Positions 55,201 through 63,408 of a stretch of DNA of 64,000 nucleotides are shown here, piece after piece. Position numbers and translations under genes: made by a program. The number at the start of each line of letters is the position of its first letter. The first letter of the stretch is position 1. Where the stretch lies: IMG/VR virus record IMGVR_UViG_3300042731_011014, positions 96,001 through 160,000 of that record; one strand, 5' to 3'. A model generated the notes under the pieces. That model was not told where the DNA came from and did not search any database. It worked only from the letters and a program-made list of their open reading frames with translations. The stretch is from a virus.

Positions 55201-57975
55201 CAACAAATAACTGTCTCCACTATTTATTTCTTTACCATTTATTATAGATTTTTTATCTCTCGGCTTACGCGGTCTAATGTTCCCAGATATCCATCCTAAT
55301 CCATCTATAACTGTTTTAATATCAGCTAAAAGATTTTTATTGCAAAGCTCAGTGTGATTATATTCTCCTTTTTTGGTTATCCACCCGTCGGCCTCCATAA
55401 ATCCATCTATCATCGCTGTTCTGATACTTTTTGGAGCATTATAAACCCAATATGGCACTCTTTTGTTTCTTGCCCTATTAATCCACCCTATTTTAATCAT
55501 TAGATCAGATAATCTTTTTGAACTGACATTAATCGTCCTGCTTATTCCATCATCTCCTCTGCTGACTTCTCTGACATTTAAACCAATACTTCTTAAGTAA
55601 TTTTCATAAAATATATTTCTTTCTTCATATACTCCAAGGTGTATAATTATACACCCGTTTTCAATTGCACCATTACCAAGCATATACCCCCAAAACTTGG
55701 CAAATCTATGATCTATAAAATCTGGCAAAATCAATGAATCATATTTTTTCTGCTCAATAGAGTCATAAGTAAATGGTACTCTAATGGAACTAAACAATTT
55801 TTTTGCACTATCAAATGACAAAGAACTTTTACCATCTAATAATTCATCAAGCTTTCCTTTAGTTATCCCAATATCTTCGGCAAATCTTTTCAATCCATCA
55901 AATTTACTGGAATATTTACTTATTTTTGCACAAGTTTTAAGCGAGTTAATTCCACGTTTACTTAAAACAAATTCAGATTTAGAATTAAACTCATCTAATA
56001 AAAGGCCAAGTGGAATATTATTCTTTGTTTCTGGGCAATTACTAACGCACATTATTTTATCATTAGGAGACAAATCTTTAACCTGAACCCACGTATTTCT
56101 CCCTGGCTTTTTATCAACTAAAACAGGATGTTCGCCAGTTAATATTATTTCTCTATGTGCTGTTTTTAACTTAAAGGTTTGCTTTTCCCCACTACAAACA
56201 TGATTCAGTACTTTAGTTTGTCTAAGTAACCCTGCGTGTCTAGTAAAAACACTATCGCCTGGTTTAATATCCTTAATGAACTTCACACCATCTGGGGTCC
56301 AAACCCTTGATTCACCTGATAAACAATACCCGTACTTACTCTTTCTCATTTTTGATCTAAGACGGAAATGAGCAATCTTCCATGGCTCATATAAAATGGT
56401 ATTACCATCCTGGGATGCCATTGCACCGTTTGGCATTTCAATGCCAAAAACAGATTTATCAATTTTAAAGTCACCTGAATAAGATTGTGCAAACCCCAAT
56501 ATTGCACCGGTCCCAGTTTCAAACCTCCTAATCGTAGCTGATGGAAGGAAATTTAATCCCTGAACACCATCATCGTTAACCAGTATCTCTTCATAATCAC
56601 TGCCATATTTGCAAACTGTTCTAGATATCTCCCAAATATTGTCTTCAGCTCTTATTTTGTTGTCATACATATCGGTAAGATCTGTTTGAACATTATCATC
56701 CTCGCATTCAACCCACATAGATCGGTTTTTTTCACCATCAGTTTGTGTTGAATCGTCTGCATATATATCGAGAGCCGAATTGTGAACAACTACTCCATTG
56801 CAAACAAAATTATGATATTTTGGGACTTCAATATCATACACATCGTAAGATTCGCTAATTCTTATAACATTAACCACTCGATGATTTCCAACATCAGAGA
56901 TGAGATCGAATTCTTCTAGCCTGCGTTTCAGTACGCCAAAAGATACGCCTAGCTTTTTTGCTGCCTCAGTTATACTACTTGATGACATATAAGCAGCTTC
57001 AACCTCTTCCCTGCTAAGCTTTATTTTATGCCCTTCAGCTATCTTGCGCTTGTGCTCTTCTGATAGTTTTTTGTCTGTTAACGGCACTCTCTGCTTTTTA
57101 TCTGTTTTCCTTTGATTTGGATGTTTTGTTCCAAGCATTTTTCTAGAGCGCTCTTTGCGCAATTCATCTGTCCATTCTGGAAAATACTTAGTTGTATCGT
57201 GACTTTCGAAATTATGCTTTCTGGCATGAGAATTATGGGTTTCTAGACTAAGGTTGTCCAAACTATTATTTAAAGGGTTGTTGTCTTTGTGGTGGACAAC
57301 CTCCCCTTTTTTTCTTTCCAAAAGCTCATTAGCGACCAATTTATGAATCCAAGTCCACCTTTTCCCGTCACTTTCTCTTATTGATTCTGGTGATGGTTGG
57401 TGGACTTGCCAATATTCGTTTTTACTCTTAGGAGTTAATTTTCTAGTTCTAAGTGCCCCTGGCATTAATCGTGTACCAGGTTTTAGTTCGCCAGCTTTTT
57501 TCCAAACATTAATTTTGGTTAAAAACAAATGATCATCAGTACATGTAATGCTTTCGCCATTATCAAATAAAACTTTGACCATTTGTTTTGGATGACCTGC
57601 CTTGCCTGTTATACGTGCATTTTTTGCTTTTGCAGGTAATAGAGATCTTCTTAACCTGTTATAAGAAAGAACATGAAACTCTCCTCCTCTCTCTGCAAGT
57701 TTTTTAACTTCAATCCAACCATCTTCTATTGTAAAAATCTTACAACATCCCGTAATACAAGAAAGATCTGGGTAGTCATCCATATTTTCATAATCGACAT
57801 AGCGACTCATAAGATCATGATCTAATTGCAAATAATCGGCTACTGAGTCAAATCCGAACTGCATAAACAGGTTGAAATCTTTTTCGCCAGCCTGAGGAAG
57901 ATCGGACCGAGAAACCTCATTTTCTCTTTTGAAAATATTTCTTACATATCCAGCAATTTTATCACTTATTGACAT
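52255..57975 (-). CDS. gp20: Portal protein (T4 gp20-like), 563-aa extein plus four inteins
   Basis: Extein motifs ALDIYADD, IAHFRL, YGY|SVLEPARWIWKRLVLLEDAMLVYRLTRAP, |SQDEDFWIP, DDVDYFRMKLYAAIKVP, |SQEDVRFARTI. Confidence 0.95.
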   Translation of the reverse strand: MSISDKIAGYVRNIFKRENEVSRSDLPQAGEKDFNLFMQFGFDSVADYLQLDHDLMSRYVDYENMDDYPDLSCITGCCKIFTIEDGWIEVKKLAERGGEFHVLSYNRLRRSLLPAKAKNARITGKAGHPKQMVKVLFDNGESITCTDDHLFLTKINVWKKAGELKPGTRLMPGALRTRKLTPKSKNEYWQVHQPSPESIRESDGKRWTWIHKLVANELLERKKGEVVHHKDNNPLNNSLDNLSLETHNSHARKHNFESHDTTKYFPEWTDELRKERSRKMLGTKHPNQRKTDKKQRVPLTDKKLSEEHKRKIAEGHKIKLSREEVEAAYMSSSSITEAAKKLGVSFGVLKRRLEEFDLISDVGNHRVVNVIRISESYDVYDIEVPKYHNFVCNGVVVHNSALDIYADDSTQTDGEKNRSMWVECEDDNVQTDLTDMYDNKIRAEDNIWEISRTVCKYGSDYEEILVNDDGVQGLNFLPSATIRRFETGTGAILGFAQSYSGDFKIDKSVFGIEMPNGAMASQDGNTILYEPWKIAHFRLRSKMRKSKYGYCLSGESRVWTPDGVKFIKDIKPGDSVFTRHAGLLRQTKVLNHVCSGEKQTFKLKTAHREIILTGEHPVLVDKKPGRNTWVQVKDLSPNDKIMCVSNCPETKNNIPLGLLLDEFNSKSEFVLSKRGINSLKTCAKISKYSSKFDGLKRFAEDIGITKGKLDELLDGKSSLSFDSAKKLFSSIRVPFTYDSIEQKKYDSLILPDFIDHRFAKFWGYMLGNGAIENGCIIIHLGVYEERNIFYENYLRSIGLNVREVSRGDDGISRTINVSSKRLSDLMIKIGWINRARNKRVPYWVYNAPKSIRTAMIDGFMEADGWITKKGEYNHTELCNKNLLADIKTVIDGLGWISGNIRPRKPRDKKSIINGKEINSGDSYLLSFFRENISDNDFFSEKIVSKEPSIIEKVYDIEVADDGHCFVSDGIVVHNSVLEPARWIWKRLVLLEDAMLVYRLTRAPTRFAFYVDTGDMDADEATAHVRQMRNEFKKRKFVNSDGTLNMKYNPLCLTGDTKIALLDGRDIPIVNLVGEFNRGKENWVYSVDRSDSGKIVPGKIVWAGKTRKMAQLVEVTLDNGETIRTTPDHKFIKRDGKYCEARYLKSGDSLMPYKTLISSKDKGYSIDGYEMVYDPKTKKYIYTHRMVRDELKQNGVTHHENFIKTDNSPDNLSFMKKSEHSIIHRDNGHNIGHIMSQIRLSDPVLDKKLKKVSSANISAWNKIEKYIIAYNNSCKHEQDNVKRSENKKKFWENEENRVAFSEKRKIKFSDDFFVGVQSYVANNLNVSAEDVVNYVNNSRLIDLFKQENLSKKVHRHLMLKMYREKGFDNFKSFKKWASSNNHKVVSVKYIEQCEDTYTLTVEKYHNFALTAGIFIKNSQDEDFWIPTRSGKDSTRIDMLQGSMYQGIDDVDYFRMKLYAAIKVPRAYLGYEETISRATLCLAGNTMIPLLDGTSETIENLSKRSKPFWVYSCNDDGHIVPGLAKNARLTKKKTRTVEVVLDNGEILTCTPDHPIMMRDGSYREAIDLKPEDSLMPLYRRNASGIGRAQKLKDYEQVYSPGADANIEHLIEVAKSYRCKSKKELIKWSGYSECLLNRIFSENGIKYADFAHEYMLKYMSRSTATAIKKGRNHKVVEVREGPVIDTYDMTVDGYHNFATECGVFVHNSQEDVRFARTILRVQRVLKTGFHQIGRVHLAAKGLDPSSVNFNVMMTVPSAVFEMAQMEVRNQRAQLADSMQQWVSQRWIMENIFGMTNSEIEDILDHRVEDAIRMASIEGRQDKIRSKISMSGQLPAEKPAENVPQEDLQVVKKQLRRRFERRLTSGRDKNVSKDQVLNIINSNKELNKGVRELRILMREIKEAISYKKVA
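52864..53541 (-). mobile_element. Intein 4 (226 aa; no recognisable endonuclease)
   Basis: L|CLAGNT ... FATECGVFVHN|S. Confidence 0.92.
53728..54825 (-). mobile_element. Intein 3 (366 aa, HNH type, ends Lys-Asn)
   Basis: L|CLTGDT ... THRMV...THHENFIKTDNSPDNL ... FALTAGIFIKN|S. Confidence 0.92.
55054..56325 (-). mobile_element. Intein 2 (424 aa, LAGLIDADG/DOD type)
   Basis: Y|CLSGES ... WGYMLGNG ... IDGFMEADG ... GIVVHN|S. Confidence 0.93.
56779..57759 (-). mobile_element. Intein 1 (327 aa, HNH type)
   Basis: S|CITGCC ... WIHKLV...VVHHKDNNPLNNSLDNL ... GVVVHN|S. Confidence 0.92.
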
Positions 57976-57978
57976 ATC

Positions 57979-60012
57979 TTACCCCATTATGATCGAAGGC
58001 ATTATTTTCTTAGGTTTGCCCGGTTTCCCTTTTGGTTTCAAATTCTTATTTCTAACAACCCAATCGTATTCTCTCATACTTCCACTGATTGGCTCAATGC
58101 TTTTCATTATTGGCAAAGGCATTCTCATTGGCACTGTAGTTAACCCATAGCATACACCGCACACCGCATCAGATATATCCTTACTGCCTTTATCAAGGTG
58201 ATCGATTTTTCCGGTCGTTTCATCATCAACCAGTCCTTTTAGTTCCTGAATCAATGGAGCATACCTGTAATAAACAATCCTATTTTCATACAACGCCTCT
58301 TTTAGTATTTTATACGGATCTTTTGACCTATCAACACTAACTATTTCAGCCTTGTATCCTTTCTTGACTAATTTCTGCTTTGATTCTATCGATTGAAACG
58401 AGTCCATTGATACATATCGGATTGGGTAACCCATCTCTGTTAAAATGTAAACTAGCTGCCTACCGGTTCCCAAATCAATCTCATCATCTTGGGGCGGAAT
58501 AATTCTTATAGCAAAATCAATAACAATAACAGGAGCTTTCTCTGATGTCATTTTACCCGTTGATTTATCGCGTCTACTTACATTAACCATGCCAGATACA
58601 TGGCCCATAGCAAAACCAGTGGCATCTCCAGTAAGTGATGGATCGATATGGACAAATCTTGGTGACTTCGGCGATATGATAGGTCTAATTTTTCCATTAC
58701 TATCTGGTGCCACCATAAGCCTTCTATTAAAAGCAATAGGTAAATTTGGGTTCCATTCGATAACATCAGTCGGATGAGCCATATTATCGTTGATTGCTTC
58801 AAATATCTTTTCCCTACGAACAATAAATGGCCTAACTGCCATGGTGGCAATTCCGGCCATATCGCGCAAAGCATCATCAATGTCTTTTTCGAAATCAAAA
58901 CGGAAGTCCTCAGGTACCTCTATAATAGTGCACCCTTCGTCTTCCATTTCCTTAGTCATTTCAAAATCTTCGTCTTGATCTAGTACTCTTGATCTTTGCG
59001 CATCAACGCCAACAAATACCTGAAATCTATTTTTTGAAAACCGTTCGGGCGGCTGAACGTCCCAAATTGCATAATCGCGAACAAATAAAGTTGGATCATC
59101 CCTGGACTCAAGAATCCTTTTTTGGGTAAAATCATGCTCAGTTTGTTTTGACGAAGGAAGTAAAAGAATACCGGGTAACCTACCGGTCCGACCGAACCTT
59201 GATCTCATTCTTCTGATAACGGAGTTGTAAACCAAACTAGCGTCGTCAATAATTCCATACTTTGCATGGGCAGCCTTTTCTTGCTTAGTTCGGCGTCCAC
59301 CTTTAAAGTTTGACTCATCGATCACACCACCAAAAATATTTAATCCAAGGGACCCTGTCCTTGCACTGGACAGTGGTGCAAGCCAAACGTTTTTAGGGAA
59401 CCTAATTTCACTGCTAGTTATTTTAGGATCAAAATGCTCTTTAAAATATGGCGAACAAACAAGCATTGCAACAACACCTGTGAATACAACTTTTTTAGCC
59501 ATCTTCTCAGTAACATGATAATTAACAATAGCTATCTGCTGATTCTCGGATTGGCCGTAGCTTTTTTGAGGATTCCTAAGGCATGATATCTCATAAAGCA
59601 TTCGGCATATTGCAAGGTTGGAGAAAAAAGTTTTCCCCCACCCTATTGCACCGGTAAGTATTGCTTCGTGATATGGGCCACTAAACATCTCGATAAAATC
59701 TTTCTCAAGCTGAGGCCATAATTGGTTGCCTGTATCACCCATGTAGTAGGGATCGTGAAGCCAGGTCTCAACATCAACTACCTCCCTTTCATATTCAGCC
59801 TCCCGGTATATATCGACTATTTTGAATTCTTCTTTCCTCCCGTACTCGTCGATATATAACTTACTATCATCCGTTGCCAGCTCCTTTAACACTTCCCTTA
59901 AGACTTCTATCTCATTTTTAGATAATCCAGCTATTGCCTTCGTTATCTCTTCGACACGTTCCCTGTCCGTCCTCTCGCTTTTGAACCTTCCATTATTTAC
60001 AACAACAGCCAT
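57979..60012 (-). CDS. terL: Terminase large subunit
   Basis: Walker A LTGAIGWGKT; Walker B GGVIDE; nuclease FVHIDPSLTGDATG, SMDSFQS, IDHLDKGSKDISDA. Confidence 0.92.
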   Translation of the reverse strand: MAVVVNNGRFKSERTDRERVEEITKAIAGLSKNEIEVLREVLKELATDDSKLYIDEYGRKEEFKIVDIYREAEYEREVVDVETWLHDPYYMGDTGNQLWPQLEKDFIEMFSGPYHEAILTGAIGWGKTFFSNLAICRMLYEISCLRNPQKSYGQSENQQIAIVNYHVTEKMAKKVVFTGVVAMLVCSPYFKEHFDPKITSSEIRFPKNVWLAPLSSARTGSLGLNIFGGVIDESNFKGGRRTKQEKAAHAKYGIIDDASLVYNSVIRRMRSRFGRTGRLPGILLLPSSKQTEHDFTQKRILESRDDPTLFVRDYAIWDVQPPERFSKNRFQVFVGVDAQRSRVLDQDEDFEMTKEMEDEGCTIIEVPEDFRFDFEKDIDDALRDMAGIATMAVRPFIVRREKIFEAINDNMAHPTDVIEWNPNLPIAFNRRLMVAPDSNGKIRPIISPKSPRFVHIDPSLTGDATGFAMGHVSGMVNVSRRDKSTGKMTSEKAPVIVIDFAIRIIPPQDDEIDLGTGRQLVYILTEMGYPIRYVSMDSFQSIESKQKLVKKGYKAEIVSVDRSKDPYKILKEALYENRIVYYRYAPLIQELKGLVDDETTGKIDHLDKGSKDISDAVCGVCYGLTTVPMRMPLPIMKSIEPISGSMREYDWVVRNKNLKPKGKPGKPKKIMPSIIMG

Positions 60013-60025
60013 TTATTCACCGTTT

Positions 60026-60742
60026 CTAATTATCATTTATCCATATACGCTCTATACTTTTTTTGAACTTATTACCACTACCGTGATTGATGTATATATT
60101 TTTGAAGTCAAGCCAATCTACCCCAGGCCCCTCGCAAACAATAACTTGTCCACTTCTCGTTTTACACCATTCAGCTAGTCTTTTATAATCCATATTGGTT
60201 AAATTGCAAATATAATACTTATTATTAATATAGGGAGGATATATAAACCAAGTAACTTTCATTGGAGGTTCAACTACAGAATAATCATTACAATAAACCT
60301 CCCAGTGGTTTATTTTATTAACTTGATTTGCAATCTTTTTTCTAGTCAATTCTGACCAAAAGCCGCATACATTAGCATTTGATTCAGCAATTGCGGATTT
60401 TACAAGTGATTTTTTAGGCTTTATGCAGTTTTTGTTTAACCAAAAACCAATAAAATCTTTTTCAGCATCAGATAATGTTTTTATGTTATCTATCTTCTCT
60501 CCTCTATTTAATAGAGGCAAACTAAGTATATCGTTTTTGTTTGCCTCTATTAAATATTTCCATACTCTATATACTCTAAAATATTTTTCAATAAGTACTA
60601 TTTTCTTATCGTAATATAAGGTAGAGTAACCCGCAGATCCGGCAAATGGTTCAACTATCATATCATACTTAGGTTCAGGATATTTTCCTGCCTTACACCA
60701 TTTGGAACCAAAATAAGAAAAAAAAGGAGCTAACCTACTCAT
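60026..60742 (-). CDS. DNA adenine methyltransferase paralog with an altered catalytic motif (YPPY)
   Basis: Start moved to MSRLAPFFSYFGSK (overlaps the upstream stop); EPFAGSAG; WFIYPPY. Confidence 0.8.
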   Translation of the reverse strand: MSRLAPFFSYFGSKWCKAGKYPEPKYDMIVEPFAGSAGYSTLYYDKKIVLIEKYFRVYRVWKYLIEANKNDILSLPLLNRGEKIDNIKTLSDAEKDFIGFWLNKNCIKPKKSLVKSAIAESNANVCGFWSELTRKKIANQVNKINHWEVYCNDYSVVEPPMKVTWFIYPPYINNKYYICNLTNMDYKRLAEWCKTRSGQVIVCEGPGVDWLDFKNIYINHGSGNKFKKSIERIWINDN

Positions 60743-61445
60743 TAATCCAAACCAATTCCTTTGTTCTACATCTACTTCCTTCCGTATTACATAAATAAGT
60801 AAAAGGAAGCCAGTCAGCAGATTCGTTCTCGCAAACAATAACTTGACCCTCTCTTGTTTTGCACCACTCAGCAAGTTTTTTATAATCTGAATCCAATAAA
60901 GGACAGACATAACAGTAACCCATTTTTTTATATGGTGGATCTATCAACCAGGTGGCTTTAAATGGCGGATCAGCTATTGAATAGTCGCCTAAATAAACTT
61001 TCCAATGATCTGTCTTATAGATATTTTTAGCTAACCTTTTTCTTGTTAGCTCACTCCATGATCCACACTGTCCCTTATTATTTGTCTCTATTGCACGAGG
61101 TGATAGATAATTTTTTGGTTTTTCAGTTCCCCTATTAATCCAAAATCCTATAAGATCTCTTTCTTCATCTGATAGGTACTCAATATCTCTTATATTTTGA
61201 TCTCTTTCCACTAAAGGAAGGTTTAAAATATCCTTTTCTGTTGCTGAAATAAGATACTTCCACAATCTAGCTATGCGGAAATATTTATCAATTAGAATAA
61301 TATTTTTTTCCCAATGTAACGTTGAGTAACCTGCCGCTCCGGCCAACGGTTCAATTATTACATCATGTTTTGGAGGTGGGTATTTGCTAGATATCGTATT
61401 CTTGCTTCCAAAATAGGAAAAAAAGGGGGGCGTCTTGTCGCTCAT
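60735..61445 (-). CDS. DNA adenine methyltransferase (short D12-like)
   Basis: FFSYFGSK, EPLAGAAG, WLIDPPY. Confidence 0.88.
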   Translation of the reverse strand: MSDKTPPFFSYFGSKNTISSKYPPPKHDVIIEPLAGAAGYSTLHWEKNIILIDKYFRIARLWKYLISATEKDILNLPLVERDQNIRDIEYLSDEERDLIGFWINRGTEKPKNYLSPRAIETNNKGQCGSWSELTRKRLAKNIYKTDHWKVYLGDYSIADPPFKATWLIDPPYKKMGYCYVCPLLDSDYKKLAEWCKTREGQVIVCENESADWLPFTYLCNTEGSRCRTKELVWINE

Positions 61446-62209
61446 TTGCTGCCATTGCCTTTACCATTTCCGCTTCCATTATCTCCTTTTGATATTAACT
61501 GATCTTGCAGATCAGGTCTTAATGATGCAATATTGTTAGCTATCTCGAGAACCTTTTTCCTTGACTCTGGCATTTTTAAAATCCTTCGTGCAGCCCTACT
61601 ACTCATACTTCCATCTAACATAGCCATAGTCTTTGTATCAACATCAATTATTTTACTACTACCATCCCGGATACCTAATGCAACCTGGTATTCTGCAATA
61701 GTTTTTAAAATAGTCAAACATTGATCTATTTCACGGACGGTTGTGGGGAACAGCATTCCAAGTTTTTCTTCATGTTCGCTAACTATTCCGACCCTTTTCT
61801 TTTGTAGCCGATATATTTCTGACATTTCATTTAAAACACTTATTCCCTCTTCAAATTCTCGCATTTTTTCCAGATACCTCCTAGGGAACATATGCTCCGC
61901 TACTTCTGCTGGTGGCAGGTTACTGCGATATTTTTTTAAGGCCTTCTCAATTTGATTTGCAGTCAGATCGCGGAATATGCACAAGTTATTATGAATATAA
62001 TCTGCAATAAAAACAATACTATATCCGTCTTTAACCATGCGCGAAATCTCGTCAAAGTCCCTTGACTCACGCATTCTTTTGAGGACCCTATCTCTTTTCT
62101 TTTTCTCAGGATCGGTAAGTGTTTTTTGAAACCCAGATAGATCGCTTGGTACGCTACGCAGCTCTACCCTTTTCAGATCTTTGTTATCTAATTTTTCTGC
62201 CGCATCCAT
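61442..62209 (-). CDS. Helical protein, candidate terminase small subunit
   Basis: 255 aa, possible HTH; upstream of terL (separated by the two MTases); synteny only. Confidence 0.35.
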   Translation of the reverse strand: MDAAEKLDNKDLKRVELRSVPSDLSGFQKTLTDPEKKKRDRVLKRMRESRDFDEISRMVKDGYSIVFIADYIHNNLCIFRDLTANQIEKALKKYRSNLPPAEVAEHMFPRRYLEKMREFEEGISVLNEMSEIYRLQKKRVGIVSEHEEKLGMLFPTTVREIDQCLTILKTIAEYQVALGIRDGSSKIIDVDTKTMAMLDGSMSSRAARRILKMPESRKKVLEIANNIASLRPDLQDQLISKGDNGSGNGKGNGSK

Positions 62210-62250
62210 TTGTCACCTGTGACGTGGATATAGTATTCCTCACTATATCC

Positions 62251-62279
62251 AAAATACACTGTAAACATAAAAATGTCAA
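62251..62279 (-). promoter_or_regulatory. Sigma70-type promoter
   Basis: TTGACA-17 nt-TATTTT, directly followed by the inverted repeat GGATATAGT-N7-ACTATATCC. Confidence 0.6.
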
Positions 62280-62327
62280 TTAGATCGGTTGGAAGCGGAT
62301 TTTGTAACAAATTAAGACAAGGGCAGG

Positions 62328-62690
62328 TTACTTAACTTTACCGTCGATAACGTCTAATGTTTTTTCCATTGTTTTGACATCAAACGAGCTTGCATCATTG
62401 CCATCTATTATGTCATACATTCTCTGGGCTCTAAGATAACGGACTAACCCGTCAGTTTCGGCGAGATCATCTTGGGATAATTGATCAACTTTAATACCAG
62501 ATTTTCTGGCATTTTTAATCATCCTAGCAAATGCAGGGAGGCTCATCAATTGATCTATTTCCAAGTCGGCTATCCCAAATAATTTTTGGGCTCTGTGACT
62601 TACATATGCTGTTGAGCTATCATCGGTAAACAGTTTTTTATATTGTTTATCAACGAATTTTTTTAATTCTTTCTGTATTTCTTTTTTCAT
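62328..62690 (-). CDS. Hypothetical protein
   Basis: 120-aa ORF. Confidence 0.6.
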   Translation of the reverse strand: MKKEIQKELKKFVDKQYKKLFTDDSSTAYVSHRAQKLFGIADLEIDQLMSLPAFARMIKNARKSGIKVDQLSQDDLAETDGLVRYLRAQRMYDIIDGNDASSFDVKTMEKTLDVIDGKVK

Positions 62691-62693
62691 GGC

Positions 62694-63050
62694 TTAATAG
62701 ACGACTTTTGCTTCTTTTTCTCTGTAAGCCTTCTCTTGTACTTCCTGAAATCTCTTGATCCAGTTACCAATAGCATTCACCGCATTGGCAAGTTTTTTAT
62801 TATCGCTGGCACTCATCATGTCTAACTTATCTTTCATTGAATGCATAATATTATCAGTTCCACCACCACTCCAGTAACCTAGGTGTTTAAAAACGGAATC
62901 AATAGCTAATGCAATGTCGCCGTTACCATACCCACTTTCAAGTTCATAAATTTTACTTTCATTAATCTCATTGTTTTCCGGGCTATCACCGATCTCTTCT
63001 TTGTTCTTTTTTCTGTCTATAATTTCGTTAATCTCATCAATAAGATTCAT
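62694..63050 (-). CDS. Hypothetical protein, possible internal head protein
   Basis: N-terminal LIDEINE...EINE. Confidence 0.55.
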   Translation of the reverse strand: MNLIDEINEIIDRKKNKEEIGDSPENNEINESKIYELESGYGNGDIALAIDSVFKHLGYWSGGGTDNIMHSMKDKLDMMSASDNKKLANAVNAIGNWIKRFQEVQEKAYREKEAKVVY

Positions 63051-63060
63051 TGAACGCCTC

Positions 63061-63309
63061 CTATGGGATAAGATTTGCTAATCTAATTTCTTCCTTGGTT
63101 TGAGGGGCCATCTCTCTTTTTGGCCTTTTCCTTATAATCTCTCTTACCTTATCTTGCAATTCAATTGGTAAAATATCAAGTCTAACATAGTCAGCAACAT
63201 TTTCATCTTCCCTGATTTTTTCCCATACATGAATAATGTCAGGAGCTTGCTCATTTCTCATAGTTACTATCAGACCATATAGTGAATCTATTTCACGCTC
63301 AATACTCAT
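63061..63309 (-). CDS. Hypothetical protein
   Basis: 82-aa ORF. Confidence 0.55.
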   Translation of the reverse strand: MSIEREIDSLYGLIVTMRNEQAPDIIHVWEKIREDENVADYVRLDILPIELQDKVREIIRKRPKREMAPQTKEEIRLANLIP

Positions 63310-63334
63310 TTTCTTTATTTTCTTTCTGTTTTCT

Positions 63335-63363
63335 TTTATAATTCAGTTCAAATAGCCTGTCAA
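63335..63363 (-). promoter_or_regulatory. Sigma70-type promoter
   Basis: TTGACA-17 nt-TATAAA. Confidence 0.65.
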
Positions 63364-63408
63364 TAATCTGTTCTTTAAACTCATCATTTAAATACTTTAA
63401 GCAATCTA

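Noticed and set aside
57979-60012. Intein in the terminase
   Set aside because: No Cys...His-Asn block, and length fits an uninterrupted TerL
60743-60910. N-terminal 56 aa of the 294-aa ORF call
   Set aside because: Overlaps the upstream MTase; paralog alignment puts the start at 60742
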